Part shown: positions 53,156 through 64,000 of the stretch, one piece after another
Layout: each line of letters opens with the position of its first letter
Numbering within the stretch: position 1 is the first letter of the stretch
Assembly: GCA_947258755.1 (NCBI GenBank)
Contig: CAMYJO010000002.1
Span: forward strand, 208,909 to 272,908
Direction: 5' to 3'
Length of the DNA stretch: 64,000 nucleotides
From: an uncultured Gammaproteobacteria bacterium
GTDB lineage: Bacteria > Pseudomonadota > Gammaproteobacteria > JAADHQ01
Notes under the pieces: generated by a model
Told to the model about the DNA's origin: nothing
What the model saw: the letters and a program-made list of their open reading frames with translations, nothing else
The model's database searches: none
Position numbers and translations under genes: made by a program

Positions 53156-54438
53156 GTCATCAGCACGGTAACAAGCAAATCATATCCTGGGCCTTGTACG
53201 ATTGGGCCAACTCCGCCTATGCAGTGACCGTCATGACGGGTTTTTTTCCGTTGTTTTTCAAGCAATACTGGGCCGACACATTAAGCCCGGAACAAAGCAC
53301 CTATCAACTGGGATTAGCCAATTCCATTGCCAGCCTGAGTATTGTCATATTAGCGCCCCTGCTCGGTTCGATTGCAGATCAGGCCGGGAGTAAAAAACGT
53401 TTCCTGTTGTTATTTACCTTCCTTGGTGTCGCCATGTGTGCTGGCTTGTTTCTGGTCAAACAGGGTGACTGGGAGCTGGCGATTATTATTTATATGCTGG
53501 CGTCGATCGGTTTTATGGGCGGTGTTAGTTTTTCCGATTCACTACTGGTGCATGTTGCCCCCAAGAAAAAATTAGATCGGGTCTCTGCACTCGGTTATGG
53601 CCTCGGTTATATCGGCGGCGGATTATTGTTTGCGTTATGCGTATGGATGTTACGCAGTCCTAGCGCCTTCGGTTTGAGTGAAGCAGCGGATGCAATACGC
53701 TTGTCTTTCGTTCTGGTCGCAGCCTGGTGGCTGGTGTTTGCGATACCCGTATTTATCTGGGTGGCGGAACCGCCGACTGCAGGGAATGCAAAGGGCATTA
53801 GAGAGAGCACCTTCGCTGGCATCCGTCAGCTGCGCGATACTTTTCAGGAGATCAGGCAATTAAAAATCGTGTTTACCTTTCTATTGGCCTACTGGTTGTA
53901 TATAGACGGCGTTGACACGATTGTGCGTATGGCGGTTGACTATGGGCTTTCATTGAATCTGGATAGTGGCGATTTAATTCTGGCGATACTCATCACTCAG
54001 TTCATTGGTTTTCCGTCGGCAATCCTGTTTGGCCACCTGGGTGAGAGGTTGGGGCCGAAGACGGGTATACTCATCGCCCTGGCGGTATATATTTTTGTGG
54101 TCCTGTGGGCCTATCAGATGGAATCGAGCTGGGAGTTTTATGTATTGGCAACACTGATTGGCTTGGTCCAGGGAGGCGTGCAATCGTTAAGTCGTTCGCT
54201 GTATGCTCGCATCATACCGGCACACCGGTCCGCTGAGTTCTTTGGTTTTTATAATATGCTGGGTAAATTTGCGGCGGTGTTGGGCCCGATTATTGTCGGC
54301 TGGGTGGCGCTGATATCGGGCAGTCACCGGGTTGCCATGTTATCGATCATTGTTCTGTTTGTACTGGGTGCAATCTTGTTACTCAGGGTGGATATCAATA
54401 AAGGCATGCAAATAGCGAGATCCCTGGATGAGACGTAG
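53152..54438 (+). CDS. MFS transporter (UMF1/Atg22-like)
   Basis: SWALYDWANSAY, APLLGSIAD, GYGLGYIGG, QSLSRSLY, EFFGFY. Confidence 0.88.
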   Translation: MSHQHGNKQIISWALYDWANSAYAVTVMTGFFPLFFKQYWADTLSPEQSTYQLGLANSIASLSIVILAPLLGSIADQAGSKKRFLLLFTFLGVAMCAGLFLVKQGDWELAIIIYMLASIGFMGGVSFSDSLLVHVAPKKKLDRVSALGYGLGYIGGGLLFALCVWMLRSPSAFGLSEAADAIRLSFVLVAAWWLVFAIPVFIWVAEPPTAGNAKGIRESTFAGIRQLRDTFQEIRQLKIVFTFLLAYWLYIDGVDTIVRMAVDYGLSLNLDSGDLILAILITQFIGFPSAILFGHLGERLGPKTGILIALAVYIFVVLWAYQMESSWEFYVLATLIGLVQGGVQSLSRSLYARIIPAHRSAEFFGFYNMLGKFAAVLGPIIVGWVALISGSHRVAMLSIIVLFVLGAILLLRVDINKGMQIARSLDET

Positions 54439-55657
54439 AGCATTTCTGCTCGGTGCCGGGTCGGCCGGTTTGCTGGTCATGCATCAGCGCTATTGGCCGG
54501 AGGATGGGCTGTATAACGAATGCCTGGATCAGCGTATACCTGCAAACTTGCAACAGCATGCAATGATCAGTGAGGCCATTGCCGGACTGGATTTCAGCCA
54601 GGTTTGGGATAATCATGTCCATTTGATTGGCCTCGGGGACATGGACAAAACCGTGTTTACCAATCCGGACATGATGACCTGGCGGCACCCGTTAAAGCAT
54701 GTTCAATACCAGTTTTACATGGATGCCTCCTGTGCAGGTGAGCGCGGTCAGGTTGATCAAGGCTATGTCGATCGTATGCGCTTGCTGACGCATGACCTGC
54801 CGCCCGGTATGAAAATCATGTTGCTGGCATTTGATTATTTTCACGATGAGCATGGTCGGCACGATAAAGAGAAATCCTTTTTTCATATTCCGAATGATTA
54901 CACAGCAAGGGTTGCTGTCAGTGATCCGCAACGCTTTGAGTGGGTGGCTTCGATACATCCCTATCGAGAAGACAGTATCGCCTTGTTGGAGTCCGCAGTG
55001 GCCAAAGGTGCACGCGCCATTAAATGGTTGCCCGAGGCGATGGGGATTGACCCGGCTGCGCGCCGCTGTATTCCCTTCTATCAGGCCATGCAGCGTCTCG
55101 GCCTGCCGTTGCTGAGCCATGCCGGGCATGAAACGGCGGTCGGCACTGAGGGCAGTCGTGAGTCGGCCAATCCATTGGTGTTAAGACATGCACTCGATCA
55201 GGGCGTTAAGGTCATTGTCGCGCATTGTGCGTCACTGGGTAAGGCGGCAGACCTGGACAAGGGGGCCGGGCGTACTGAGAAGCCCTGTTTTGACTTGTTT
55301 GTGCGCATGATGAACGAGCGACAGTATGAAGGTCTATTAACGGGTGATATCTCTGCATTGCTACAAATGAATAGGCTGGATGAACCGATCAAATACCTGT
55401 TACTGAAAGAGGAATGGCACCCGCGGTTGATTAATGGTTCGGACTACCCATTGCCCGGTATCCTGCCGATCATACCGCTGAAACAGATTGTGCGTATGGG
55501 GTTGTTACAGCAACAACAGGCGACCCTGTTGAGTGAGGTACGGCGCTATAATCCGATATGGTTTGATTTTTTATTGAAGCGCATGCTGCGATGGCAGGGC
55601 AAGGGTTTTGCTGATAGTGTTTATGAGACGCGCCAGCATTTTATCCGGGAAATTTAA
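54428..55657 (+). CDS. Amidohydrolase-superfamily metalloenzyme with twin-arginine signal
   Basis: MRRRAFLLGAG, then DNHVH, SIHPY, IKW, LSHAG, VAHCA and NGSDYP. Confidence 0.85.
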   Translation: MRRRAFLLGAGSAGLLVMHQRYWPEDGLYNECLDQRIPANLQQHAMISEAIAGLDFSQVWDNHVHLIGLGDMDKTVFTNPDMMTWRHPLKHVQYQFYMDASCAGERGQVDQGYVDRMRLLTHDLPPGMKIMLLAFDYFHDEHGRHDKEKSFFHIPNDYTARVAVSDPQRFEWVASIHPYREDSIALLESAVAKGARAIKWLPEAMGIDPAARRCIPFYQAMQRLGLPLLSHAGHETAVGTEGSRESANPLVLRHALDQGVKVIVAHCASLGKAADLDKGAGRTEKPCFDLFVRMMNERQYEGLLTGDISALLQMNRLDEPIKYLLLKEEWHPRLINGSDYPLPGILPIIPLKQIVRMGLLQQQQATLLSEVRRYNPIWFDFLLKRMLRWQGKGFADSVYETRQHFIREI

Positions 55658-55699
55658 AGTGTCTCAGTATCTTGATAGTTGTATAAACAGGTAATAAGT

Positions 55700-55912
55700 A
55701 TGAGTGAGCAGGATAAAGAGCTTAGTTTATTTAAAGTGGTGTTAAGTGTATTGGCTGCCATGTTTGGTGTGCAAACCAGTAAAAATAGAGATCGGGACTT
55801 TGCCAAGGGCCGTCCGGCAGCCTACATTATTGTTGGTCTTATCATGACCGTTCTTTTTATTCTGACGATATGGCTGGTGGTCAAGTTTGTCATGAGTGCG
55901 GCTGGGGTTTGA
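55700..55912 (+). CDS. DUF2970-family small membrane protein
   Basis: SVLAAMFGVQ..KNRDRDF..G followed by a TM helix. Confidence 0.85.
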   Translation: MSEQDKELSLFKVVLSVLAAMFGVQTSKNRDRDFAKGRPAAYIIVGLIMTVLFILTIWLVVKFVMSAAGV

Positions 55913-55968
55913 ATGTATAAGGAATCATGGCAAAGATCATTTATAATGATTTTTTGGACTTGGCTTCC

Positions 55969-56139
55969 TTATTCGTTAGTGTCGTTCTTTTTACGCCATT
56001 TGTCATAGCAATCCAGGCCACAAAAATTGATGACATAGTCGTTAGCCTCCACGATTTTTGCCTCCGATTTAGGTATTTCTTTAAGGCATTCTTCGCACGG
56101 TACTTTCTCTGTTTCAGTTGATTTGTCTTGCTCTTTCAT
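55969..56139 (-). CDS. DUF3330-like four-cysteine small protein (56 aa; not in ORF track)
   Basis: MKEQDKSTETEKVPCEECLKEIPKSEAKIVEANDYVINFCGLDCYDKWRKKNDTNE*. AGAGGT RBS; starts 18 nt after the valS stop. Confidence 0.8.
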   Translation of the reverse strand: MKEQDKSTETEKVPCEECLKEIPKSEAKIVEANDYVINFCGLDCYDKWRKKNDTNE

Positions 56140-56157
56140 ATCATACCTCTACCAAGT

Positions 56158-58917
56158 TCAGATATTTGCTATCCTTTCAAGTTGTTCCTGCAGGCTTTGT
56201 AGTGATGTGCGCATGTCGTCTACTTTTTTGCGTTCCTTGTCGACGACTTCGGCGGGTGCGCGATCGGTGAAGTTCGAGTTGGCCAATTTGGCTTCGCCGC
56301 GCTGCAGGTCTTTATCCAGCTTATCGATTTCCTTGCCCAATCGCGCTGTTTCTTCAGCTTTGTCGATTAGCCCGGCCATCGGTATCAACACTTTCATCTC
56401 ACCGACCAGCGCGGTTGCCGATTCGGGGGCTTGCTCCTTACCCAGTACTTCGACAGATTCGATTCGTGCCAGTGACTTCAGGTAGTGTAGTGTGTTTTGC
56501 AGTCGTTTCTGGTCCTGCTCTGAGGCATTTTGTAATAATACGGGTAGTGGCTTACCCGGTTTAATGTTCATGCCACTGCGTATTTTGCGAATACCGAGTA
56601 CAAAGTCCATGAGCCATTGAATTTCGTCAACGGCACCAGGATAGACCTGGCGTTGGTCACTGACGGGGTAGGCCTGTAACATAATGGTCTCGCCTGACTG
56701 GCCGGCCAGTGTCGATACCCGCTGCCAGATTTCTTCAGTAATAAACGGCATGATCGGGTGCGCCAGCCTTAATAGTGACTCCAGCACTTGTACCAGTGTC
56801 TGCCGGGTGCCACGCAGTTGTTCTGCGCTGCTATCTTCGTTGTATAGCACCGGCTTGGACAGTTCCAGGTACCAGTCACAATATTCGTTCCAGGTAAATT
56901 CATAGATGGCCTGTGCTGCATGGTCAAAGCGATAGCCTTCAATGGATTTGCGTACTGTGTCTATGGTGTTTTGCAGGCGACTCAATATCCAGTGGTCTGC
57001 GCTGTTCAGTTCTACCGGGTCACCCTGTTGTCCGCAGTCCTGAGCTTCGGTATTCATCAGTACATAGCGTGCGGCATTCCACAGCTTGTTACAAAAATTA
57101 CGGTAGCCCTCGACCCGATCCATCGACAACACGATGTCACGGCCAGTGGTGGCCAGCGATGCAAAGGTAAAACGTAAGGCGTCGGTGCCGAAGGCAGGAA
57201 TGCCATCAGGCAGGTTATTGCGTGTCTGTTTCTCGATACGCTCGGCCAGGTGCGGTTGCATCATGCCAGTGGTGCGTTTGCTGATCAGGGACTCGAGGTC
57301 AATGCCGTCGATAACATCAATAGGGTCGAGTACATTGCCTTTCGACTTGGACATTTTCTGACCTTCGCCGTCGCGTACCAGTCCATGTATGTAGACCTCA
57401 CGGAACGGTACCTGACCCATGAACTTGATACCCATCATGATCATGCGCGCGACCCAGAAAAAGATAATATCGAAACCGGTCACCAGTACACTACCGGGGT
57501 AGAAGGTCTTGACGGCGTCATTCTGCTGTGGCCAGCCGAGTGTGGAGAACGGCCATAGTGCAGATGAAAACCAGGTGTCGAGCACGTCTTCATCCTGGGT
57601 CAGGATGACATCGGCTGACAGGTTATGTTTTTCGCGCACATCCGCTTCATCGAGGCCGACGTAGACATTGCCATCCAAGTCATACCAGGCCGGGATGCGA
57701 TGCCCCCACCAGATCTGGCGGCTGATACACCAATCCTGGATGTTGTTCATCCATTCATAGTAGGTATTTTTCCAGTTGTCGGGCACGAAGCGAATATCGC
57801 CATCCTCGACGGCCTTGATCGCAGGCTCCGCAAGTGGTGCGATCTTGACGTACCACTGGTCGGTCAGGAAGGGTTCGACGACAGCACCCGATCGATCGCC
57901 GCGCGGCACCATCAGTTTGTGGTCGTCAATTTTTTCCAGTAAGTCCAGTTCCTTGAGGTCATGGATAATCATGTCGCGTGCTTCATAGCGATCCTGGCCA
58001 CGGTATTTTTCCGGCGCCTCATCATTAATGCAGGCGTCGATGGTCAGGATATTATATAGCGGCAGGTCATGACGTTTACCCATTTCGTAATCGTTGAAGT
58101 CATGTGCCGGCGTGATCTTGACGCAGCCGGTACCGAATTCCATATCGACATAGTCATCGGCAATGATCGGGATATCGCGGCCGACCAGCGGCAGCTTGAT
58201 GGTTTGACCGATCAGGTGTTGATAACGTTCATCGTCCGGGTGCACGGCGACGGCGGCATCACCGAGCATGGTCTCGGGGCGCGTGGTCGCTACCACCAGG
58301 TGACTGCCATCGCTGACCGGGTAACGCAGATGCCAGAGGTGACCGCTTTCCTCTGTAGAAATGACCTCAAGATCGGATACGGCGGTGTGCAGTACCGGGT
58401 CCCAGTTGACCAGCCTTTTGCCACGGTAAATCAGGCCCTCTTCGTGCAGGCTGACAAACACCTCGGTGACCGCAGCGGACATGCCTTCGTCCATTGTGAA
58501 ACGTTCGTTGGACCAGTCGAGAGAGGTACCCATGCGCCGTAATTGACGGGTAATAGTGCCGCCGGATTGTTCTTTCCAGTCCCAGATCTTTTTCGTGAAG
58601 GCATCGCGGCCGAGGTCATGACGGGTCTTGCCTTCGGCGTTGAGCAGGCGTTCGACCACCATTTGCGTGGCGATACCGGCATGATCGGTGCCAGCCTGCC
58701 ACAGGGTGTTGTCGCCACACATACGGTGATAGCGGATCAGGGTATCCATGATCGTATCCTGAAAGGCATGGCCCATATGCAGACTGCCGGTAACATTGGG
58801 CGGCGGGATCATGATGCAGTAGGGGTCGCCTTCGCCGCTAGGAGAGAAAAGATTTTTTTCTTCCCAGGTGTTATACCAGCGTTGCTCTATGTCTTGCGGG
58901 TTGTAAGTTTTGTCCAT
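56158..58917 (-). CDS. valS: Valine--tRNA ligase
   Basis: [25 protein letters not shown] and C-terminal coiled coil. Confidence 0.97.
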   Translation of the reverse strand: MDKTYNPQDIEQRWYNTWEEKNLFSPSGEGDPYCIMIPPPNVTGSLHMGHAFQDTIMDTLIRYHRMCGDNTLWQAGTDHAGIATQMVVERLLNAEGKTRHDLGRDAFTKKIWDWKEQSGGTITRQLRRMGTSLDWSNERFTMDEGMSAAVTEVFVSLHEEGLIYRGKRLVNWDPVLHTAVSDLEVISTEESGHLWHLRYPVSDGSHLVVATTRPETMLGDAAVAVHPDDERYQHLIGQTIKLPLVGRDIPIIADDYVDMEFGTGCVKITPAHDFNDYEMGKRHDLPLYNILTIDACINDEAPEKYRGQDRYEARDMIIHDLKELDLLEKIDDHKLMVPRGDRSGAVVEPFLTDQWYVKIAPLAEPAIKAVEDGDIRFVPDNWKNTYYEWMNNIQDWCISRQIWWGHRIPAWYDLDGNVYVGLDEADVREKHNLSADVILTQDEDVLDTWFSSALWPFSTLGWPQQNDAVKTFYPGSVLVTGFDIIFFWVARMIMMGIKFMGQVPFREVYIHGLVRDGEGQKMSKSKGNVLDPIDVIDGIDLESLISKRTTGMMQPHLAERIEKQTRNNLPDGIPAFGTDALRFTFASLATTGRDIVLSMDRVEGYRNFCNKLWNAARYVLMNTEAQDCGQQGDPVELNSADHWILSRLQNTIDTVRKSIEGYRFDHAAQAIYEFTWNEYCDWYLELSKPVLYNEDSSAEQLRGTRQTLVQVLESLLRLAHPIMPFITEEIWQRVSTLAGQSGETIMLQAYPVSDQRQVYPGAVDEIQWLMDFVLGIRKIRSGMNIKPGKPLPVLLQNASEQDQKRLQNTLHYLKSLARIESVEVLGKEQAPESATALVGEMKVLIPMAGLIDKAEETARLGKEIDKLDKDLQRGEAKLANSNFTDRAPAEVVDKERKKVDDMRTSLQSLQEQLERIANI

Positions 58918-59079
58918 GCCTTAGGTCTTTATGCAATGATGTCAGTGGATCTATGCCCGCCAGTGGAATGTTGGGCATCCGAACTACCATTATAACCCCC
59001 GCCTGGATATCTAACCAGAAAAACATAGCTGGCTTGTTAGGGGTCGGCCATCAATGGGACCGGCAGATTTGAAGGGCTT

Positions 59080-59406
59080 CTATTTGGACACTAGTTTGTC
59101 GGTATGCGCCTGGTTTGCAGTTTGAATAATATCGGGCAGTTGTTGTTGTAGCTTATCCAGGATTTTCTCGGACAATTTCTGGCTTTCTTGTTTGACGACT
59201 TCATGCAAGGTTTTGACCATAGTCTGGTACAGGTGTTGCTGGAAAATGGCCTGTAATTCATCGCCCATGTGGCCGACCATCACATCCAGTTTAATATCGT
59301 TGTTGCCAGGTTTTTCGACCGGGGTATCCAGTGTCGGGATATTACCGGAGTTGTGCACCAGGTTCAGCAAGGGGGCTTTCTGATATGTATTCATATTGAT
59401 GACCAT
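59080..59406 (-). CDS. Hypothetical protein between holC and valS
   Basis: Start overlaps the holC stop (TAATG); NIPTL motif and a helical C-terminal half. Confidence 0.6.
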   Translation of the reverse strand: MVINMNTYQKAPLLNLVHNSGNIPTLDTPVEKPGNNDIKLDVMVGHMGDELQAIFQQHLYQTMVKTLHEVVKQESQKLSEKILDKLQQQLPDIIQTANQAHTDKLVSK

Positions 59407-59831
59407 TACAATTTATGTGTTTGTAATTCATATCCACGGTCCCGATAAAACTTGTAGCGTTCACGCGCATGCAACTTCGAGTCCGGGGCCTCACTGACGA
59501 CTTCGGCCACACGTTCAAATTGGCTAAAGCATGCCGGAACTTCATCGGCCAGATTAATCAGTACATCGGCCCCGTGTTGCAATTCTTTATCATGTCCTAT
59601 GAGAATTGGTGCAGGTTTTTCACTATTTTCAGCATTTTTCTGGTGGGGTATAAAACTGCCGTCCCTGAAGGTCCACAACAGGTCATCGATGAATCCGGCC
59701 TGTTCGCTGGAACCGGCGTGGATATAGACAGTATTGCCCAATTTATACGCTTTTTCGGTGATTTTACACGCCAGTTGCAAACGGTCTTTATCTCGACTGG
59801 TCTGGCTGATATAGAAATCGATACGGGTCAT
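59406..59831 (-). CDS. holC: DNA polymerase III subunit chi
   Basis: RIDFY, LLWTF...SFIPH, LINL, ARERYKFYR..GY. Confidence 0.93.
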   Translation of the reverse strand: MTRIDFYISQTSRDKDRLQLACKITEKAYKLGNTVYIHAGSSEQAGFIDDLLWTFRDGSFIPHQKNAENSEKPAPILIGHDKELQHGADVLINLADEVPACFSQFERVAEVVSEAPDSKLHARERYKFYRDRGYELQTHKL

Positions 59832-59853
59832 GGACGCGGACTAAGGGCAATCG

Positions 59854-61344
59854 TTACTGAACACGGTTCATCAGGAATTGCATCAATAGCGGTACCGGTC
59901 GTCCGGTAGCCCCTTTTTCCTTGCCACTTTTCCACGCCGTACCGGCAATATCGAGATGCGCCCATTTGAATTTTTTCGTATAGCGCGACAGGAAGCAGGC
60001 CGCCGTGATGGTGCCGGCACCCTTGCCGCCGATATTGGCCATGTCGGCAAAATTACTGTCCAACTGGCTTTGATAGTCATCCCACAACGGTAATTCCCAG
60101 GCGCGGTCATGGATCTGTTTGCCGGCATTCAATAATTCGTGGGTCAGCGGGTTATGGTTACTGAGCAGGGCCTGTGCATGATGGCCGAGTGCGACAATGC
60201 AGGCACCGGTCAGTGTCGCCATGTCGATGACTGCAGACGGTTCGAAACGCTCGCAATAAGTCAGTGCATCACACAGGATCAGGCGACCTTCGGCATCGGT
60301 ATTGAGTATCTCAATGGTCTGCCCGGACATACTGGTGACCACATCCCCTGGTTTGTTGGCGTCACCGTCCGGGAGATTTTCCGAGCTGGGGACCACGCCG
60401 ACAACGCTTAATGGCAGCTGTAATTCGGCACAGGCCTGCAGGGTGCCAATAACACTGGCGCCACCGCACATATCGTATTTCATTTCATCCATGCCTGCAG
60501 ACGGTTTGATAGAGATACCGCCGGCATCAAAGGTCAGGCCCTTGCCTACCAGTACAATCGGGTTGTCATTGTTTTCGGCACCCTTGTATTCCATGACGAT
60601 CAACTTGGCAGGTTCGCGACTGCCTCGGGATACGGACAATAAGGAACCCATCCCCAGCTCTTCCATGTCGGCTTCTTCGAGAATGCTGGTGCTCAGGGCC
60701 TCATGTTCTTTTGCCAGCTGCAGTGCTGTCTTGGCAAGATAGGTCGGCGTGCAGATATTGCCGGGTAAATTGCCCAGGTCTTTGGCCGTCGATACTCCGA
60801 GGGCGATAGCCTGTGCAGACTTCAGTGCTTCCTCGCATTCGGCCAGTTCACGGCGGCTGGGTATGCTGATGATAATTTTTCGCAATGGTCTGCGGAACTC
60901 GTCTTTCTCTGACTTGAGCTGATCAAACTGATACAGCGTGTCTTCTACGGTCAGGATCAGTTGGCTGACTTTCCAGGGGCTGTCCTGTCCCTTGATATTG
61001 ATATCGGTCAGGTAAAACACGGCTTCCATGGTGCCGCCTTCGTTCAGGGCGCGGGTAGCGGTAGCAATGATGGTGGCGTATTTGTCCGGGCTCAGTTCAC
61101 GTTCACGTCCGCAACCGACCAGTAGAACCCGATCGCACAGTGTGCCAGGCACATTATATAGCAGCAGTGATTGTCCGAGCTTGCCTTCGATGTCGCCACG
61201 CCGGATAAGATTAGACAGATAGCCGTCACTGGCCTTGTCGATTTGCTCGGCAGACTGCGATAGCCGGCGTGGTTCGAAAACGCCGACGACGACGCAGGCC
61301 GAACGTTGTTTTTCAGGGTTGCCGCTTTTTACACTGAATTCCAT
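59854..61344 (-). CDS. pepA: Leucyl aminopeptidase
   Basis: [31 protein letters not shown]. Start MEFSVK at 61344 with AGGAG RBS. Confidence 0.96.
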   Translation of the reverse strand: MEFSVKSGNPEKQRSACVVVGVFEPRRLSQSAEQIDKASDGYLSNLIRRGDIEGKLGQSLLLYNVPGTLCDRVLLVGCGRERELSPDKYATIIATATRALNEGGTMEAVFYLTDINIKGQDSPWKVSQLILTVEDTLYQFDQLKSEKDEFRRPLRKIIISIPSRRELAECEEALKSAQAIALGVSTAKDLGNLPGNICTPTYLAKTALQLAKEHEALSTSILEEADMEELGMGSLLSVSRGSREPAKLIVMEYKGAENNDNPIVLVGKGLTFDAGGISIKPSAGMDEMKYDMCGGASVIGTLQACAELQLPLSVVGVVPSSENLPDGDANKPGDVVTSMSGQTIEILNTDAEGRLILCDALTYCERFEPSAVIDMATLTGACIVALGHHAQALLSNHNPLTHELLNAGKQIHDRAWELPLWDDYQSQLDSNFADMANIGGKGAGTITAACFLSRYTKKFKWAHLDIAGTAWKSGKEKGATGRPVPLLMQFLMNRVQ

Positions 61345-61606
61345 AAGATCTCCTGGTCGGGTCGGTGTGTCCCGGGCATCGCTCTGGTGCCTGAATTGCT
61401 TGCTGAATGAATAATTCGCATTATCATTTATCCATGCCGAGGATGATGTATAATAATAATTAAAGTCTTGAATCAAGGCTGATTTGCACGCCTGATTCAC
61501 TATCTGCCGGCACGATTAAACAATAGATTATTGCTATTTTTGGAAGTTTACTACAAATAATGCATTTTTCCAGCCAAAATGATAACTTTTCAATAGTAGC
61601 GAAAGC

Positions 61607-62713
61607 ATGATTTCGATACTGGATCGCTATATCAGTAGGGAAATACTGAAGACGCTGGCCGGTGTTGGCATTGTTTTATATCTAATTTTTCTCAGTAACA
61701 AGGTCGTTCGTTACCTCGGTGAGGTGGCCTCCGGTGAGTTGCCGGGTAGTTATCTGCTGATTATTATTTCTCTGGTTTCCATCCGTTATCTGATTATCCT
61801 GACGCCGTTGGCCTTTTATCTGGCGATACTGTTGTTGTTCGGTCGACTGTACCGGGACCATGAAATGGTGTCGCTGTCCTCCTGCGGAGTCGGCGCCGGA
61901 CGGCTCTATCGGCCGGTCTTTCAGGTGGCCATACCGATGGCGCTGGTGATCGCAGTGTTGAGCTTCTACGCGGTCCCCTGGGCAGCCAGTTACGAAGCCC
62001 GTCTGGCCAAGGAGTTTTCAAAGAACCTGGAATTCACTGGCATCAGCCCGGGTAAAATTCATGTCGTTGGTGATCGTATTATCTATCTTGAAGAGATGTC
62101 CGAAGATCGTACTGAAATGCGTCATGTCTTTATTCGTGCAGCCTACAAAGAGCGTGATATCTTGATGGTCGCAGATAAGGCGCACATGGAGGTGGACCCC
62201 TATACCCAGGAACGGAAGTTGGTGTTAGTGAACGGTTCCCGTTATGAAGGCAACCCCGGTGAAACCGATTTCCGTCAGATGCGTTTTTCCCGACACAGCA
62301 TGCGCGTGGCTGCTTCCAGCAAAAAAGTGACAAGCTCATCGTATGAGGCGATGTCGACGATGCAGTTAATCAATGATGGTTCGCTGGCGGCAGCCGCCGA
62401 GGTTCAATGGCGTCTGGCGATACCCCTGTCTATCCTGCTATTGGCCTTTCTGGCGGTGCCTCTGGCGCGTATCCAGCCGCGCCAGGGACAATTTGGTAAA
62501 TTGTTTGTCGGTATATTGATCTATGTTGTTTATATTAACTTGATTGCCATATCGAAGGCCTGGATTGTGCAGGAAAAACTGCCCTTGTATGTCGGCTTGA
62601 GTTGGGTGCATGTGTTGTTGTTTGTTCTGACCTTGTTGATCTTACTCAAGCAATATGGCACTTACTGGGCCGGACAGGTGATGTTTACATTTGATCGGGG
62701 TGGTCGACAATGA
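61607..62713 (+). CDS. lptF: LPS export permease LptF
   Basis: ILDRYI, RLYRDHEM..L...G, AEVQWR, PRQG; divergent from pepA. Confidence 0.93.
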   Translation: MISILDRYISREILKTLAGVGIVLYLIFLSNKVVRYLGEVASGELPGSYLLIIISLVSIRYLIILTPLAFYLAILLLFGRLYRDHEMVSLSSCGVGAGRLYRPVFQVAIPMALVIAVLSFYAVPWAASYEARLAKEFSKNLEFTGISPGKIHVVGDRIIYLEEMSEDRTEMRHVFIRAAYKERDILMVADKAHMEVDPYTQERKLVLVNGSRYEGNPGETDFRQMRFSRHSMRVAASSKKVTSSSYEAMSTMQLINDGSLAAAAEVQWRLAIPLSILLLAFLAVPLARIQPRQGQFGKLFVGILIYVVYINLIAISKAWIVQEKLPLYVGLSWVHVLLFVLTLLILLKQYGTYWAGQVMFTFDRGGRQ

Positions 62714-63771
62714 AAATTATCGATCGCTATCTTGGCCTCGCAGTATTGTATGGTTCTTTGCTTGCATTCCTGGTGCTGCTGTCATTGTCGGCCTTTTTTG
62801 CATTCATTGACGAGCTTGGCGATTTGAAGGGTGATTACACTGCCTTCAAGGCGTTGGAGTATGTATTTTTTTCATTACCACAAAAAGGGTATGAGCTGTT
62901 TCATACGTCGATATTGCTGGGCTCATTGATGAGCCTGGGCAGCATGGCCAGCAATAGTGAATTGATTGTCCTGCGTGCGGCCGGTATGTCGATTGCACAG
63001 ATTACCTGGTCAGTGATAAAGGCCGGTCTGTTGTTGATGCTGCTGGGCGCATTTCTTGGCGAGGTCGTGGCGCCACCCGCGGAACGGCATGCGCAGAACT
63101 TACGCACGACCGCGATCACCGGGTCAACCACTATTCTGAGTGGTCAGGGTGTCTGGTCGAAGAATAAACAAAATTTTATTCGTGTAGGTCAGGTATTCCA
63201 GGATGCCAGGATTGCCGATATTGCTATCTATACCTTCGATGATGATCGCAGGCTCAGCTCCATTACCAAAGCCAAAGCGGCGACCTACACATCTTCGCTA
63301 TGGCGTATGCGTGATGTAACGGAAACGCGTTTTAGCGAGCAATCATACAATCAAAAACATTATGCCGAATTGGATTGGGATGCTTTGTTGCAACCGGAAA
63401 TGCTGGATACCTTGTCCGTCGACGAACATAATTTGTCGGTATTGTCCCTGTTTCGTTACATGAAGTATTTGAAAGGTAATCAACTCGATGCTTCCCGCTA
63501 TGAACTGGCATTCTGGATGAAGATGGTGAAACCATTCTCGGCACTGATAATGCTGTTGATCGCGATGCCGTTTGTTTTTGGTTCAATGCGTTCCAGTAGT
63601 ATCGGTCAACGTCTGTTGGTTGGTGTATTACTTGGGCTTGGTTTTCATATGTTTAATCAGGCATTGAATTACATTGGTGTCGGCTATGGTCTTAACGCGG
63701 TCGTGAGTGCGCTGTTACCGAGTTTAATTTTTGCGATAGGCGGTTTTTGGGCCTTGAAAAAGGTATTCTAG
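62710..63771 (+). CDS. lptG: LPS export permease LptG
   Basis: IIDRYL, SELIVLRAAG.S, YELAFW.K, PFVFGSMR. Confidence 0.93.
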   Translation: MKIIDRYLGLAVLYGSLLAFLVLLSLSAFFAFIDELGDLKGDYTAFKALEYVFFSLPQKGYELFHTSILLGSLMSLGSMASNSELIVLRAAGMSIAQITWSVIKAGLLLMLLGAFLGEVVAPPAERHAQNLRTTAITGSTTILSGQGVWSKNKQNFIRVGQVFQDARIADIAIYTFDDDRRLSSITKAKAATYTSSLWRMRDVTETRFSEQSYNQKHYAELDWDALLQPEMLDTLSVDEHNLSVLSLFRYMKYLKGNQLDASRYELAFWMKMVKPFSALIMLLIAMPFVFGSMRSSSIGQRLLVGVLLGLGFHMFNQALNYIGVGYGLNAVVSALLPSLIFAIGGFWALKKVF

Positions 63772-63783
63772 TCCGGCCCGGTT

Positions 63784-64000
63784 TTAATTGATGGGAGGCA
63801 CATAGCCCTTATCGACACGGACAACCTGGGTGCGTGCCAAAACATCATAAATGGCGCGGTATTGATGGTCCCACAGGCACCACAGTAAGCCGATACCAAA
63901 AGTCAGAATAGCCAGAATAAAGCGCAGCAATGCCTGTGACCAGTTCAGGTTGGCGCCGCTATCCAGTTGCAGTCGGATTTTCCATGCGCGCATTCCCAGT
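63784..64000 (-). CDS. RDD-family membrane protein (3' part; 5' end outside window)
   Basis: GMRAWKIRL, ALLRF and YDVLART.VV form an RDD C-terminal pattern; convergent with lptG. Confidence 0.8.
   Translation of the reverse strand, partial: LGMRAWKIRLQLDSGANLNWSQALLRFILAILTFGIGLLWCLWDHQYRAIYDVLARTQVVRVDKGYVPPIN

Noticed and set aside
55927..56121. 64-aa plus-strand ORF in the track
   Set aside because: The opposite strand encodes a motif-bearing four-Cys protein with an RBS, co-oriented with valS.

Overview
A 64-kb chromosomal segment of a gammaproteobacterium, probably a sulfur oxidiser given the SoxW-like thioredoxin, a DsrC/TusE paralogue and a SoxK-like domain. It is mostly conserved housekeeping genes: gloA, glnS, rnfABCDGE-nth, metG, apbC, dcd, purMN, hda, wrbA/arsC, class I fumarase, proS, ilvIHC-pssA, leuA, rimI, prfC, valS-holC-pepA and lptFG. 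I saw no rRNA, tRNA, CRISPR array, prophage or intact transposase. The main accessory features are: (i) a four-gene MNIO (DUF692) RiPP operon of the Hvf/oxazolin-bufferin type whose secreted EGKCG-repeat precursor carries two canonical EF-hands between its Cys blocks, a candidate Ca2+/Cu dual-metal RiPP, followed by a REP-doublet and heptamer-repeat region; (ii) an Mla/MCE-type operon whose ABC subunit has lost every catalytic motif, next to a deletion-split aas gene, an MFS transporter and a Tat-signal amidohydrolase; (iii) a family-4 uracil-DNA glycosylase with a Pol III psi-like N-terminal peptide in the holD position; (iv) a probable leaderless Leu-rich leader peptide upstream of leuA; (v) a SoxW-TolC-adaptor cluster with no pump. 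All family assignments come from motif recognition by eye; no database search was run.
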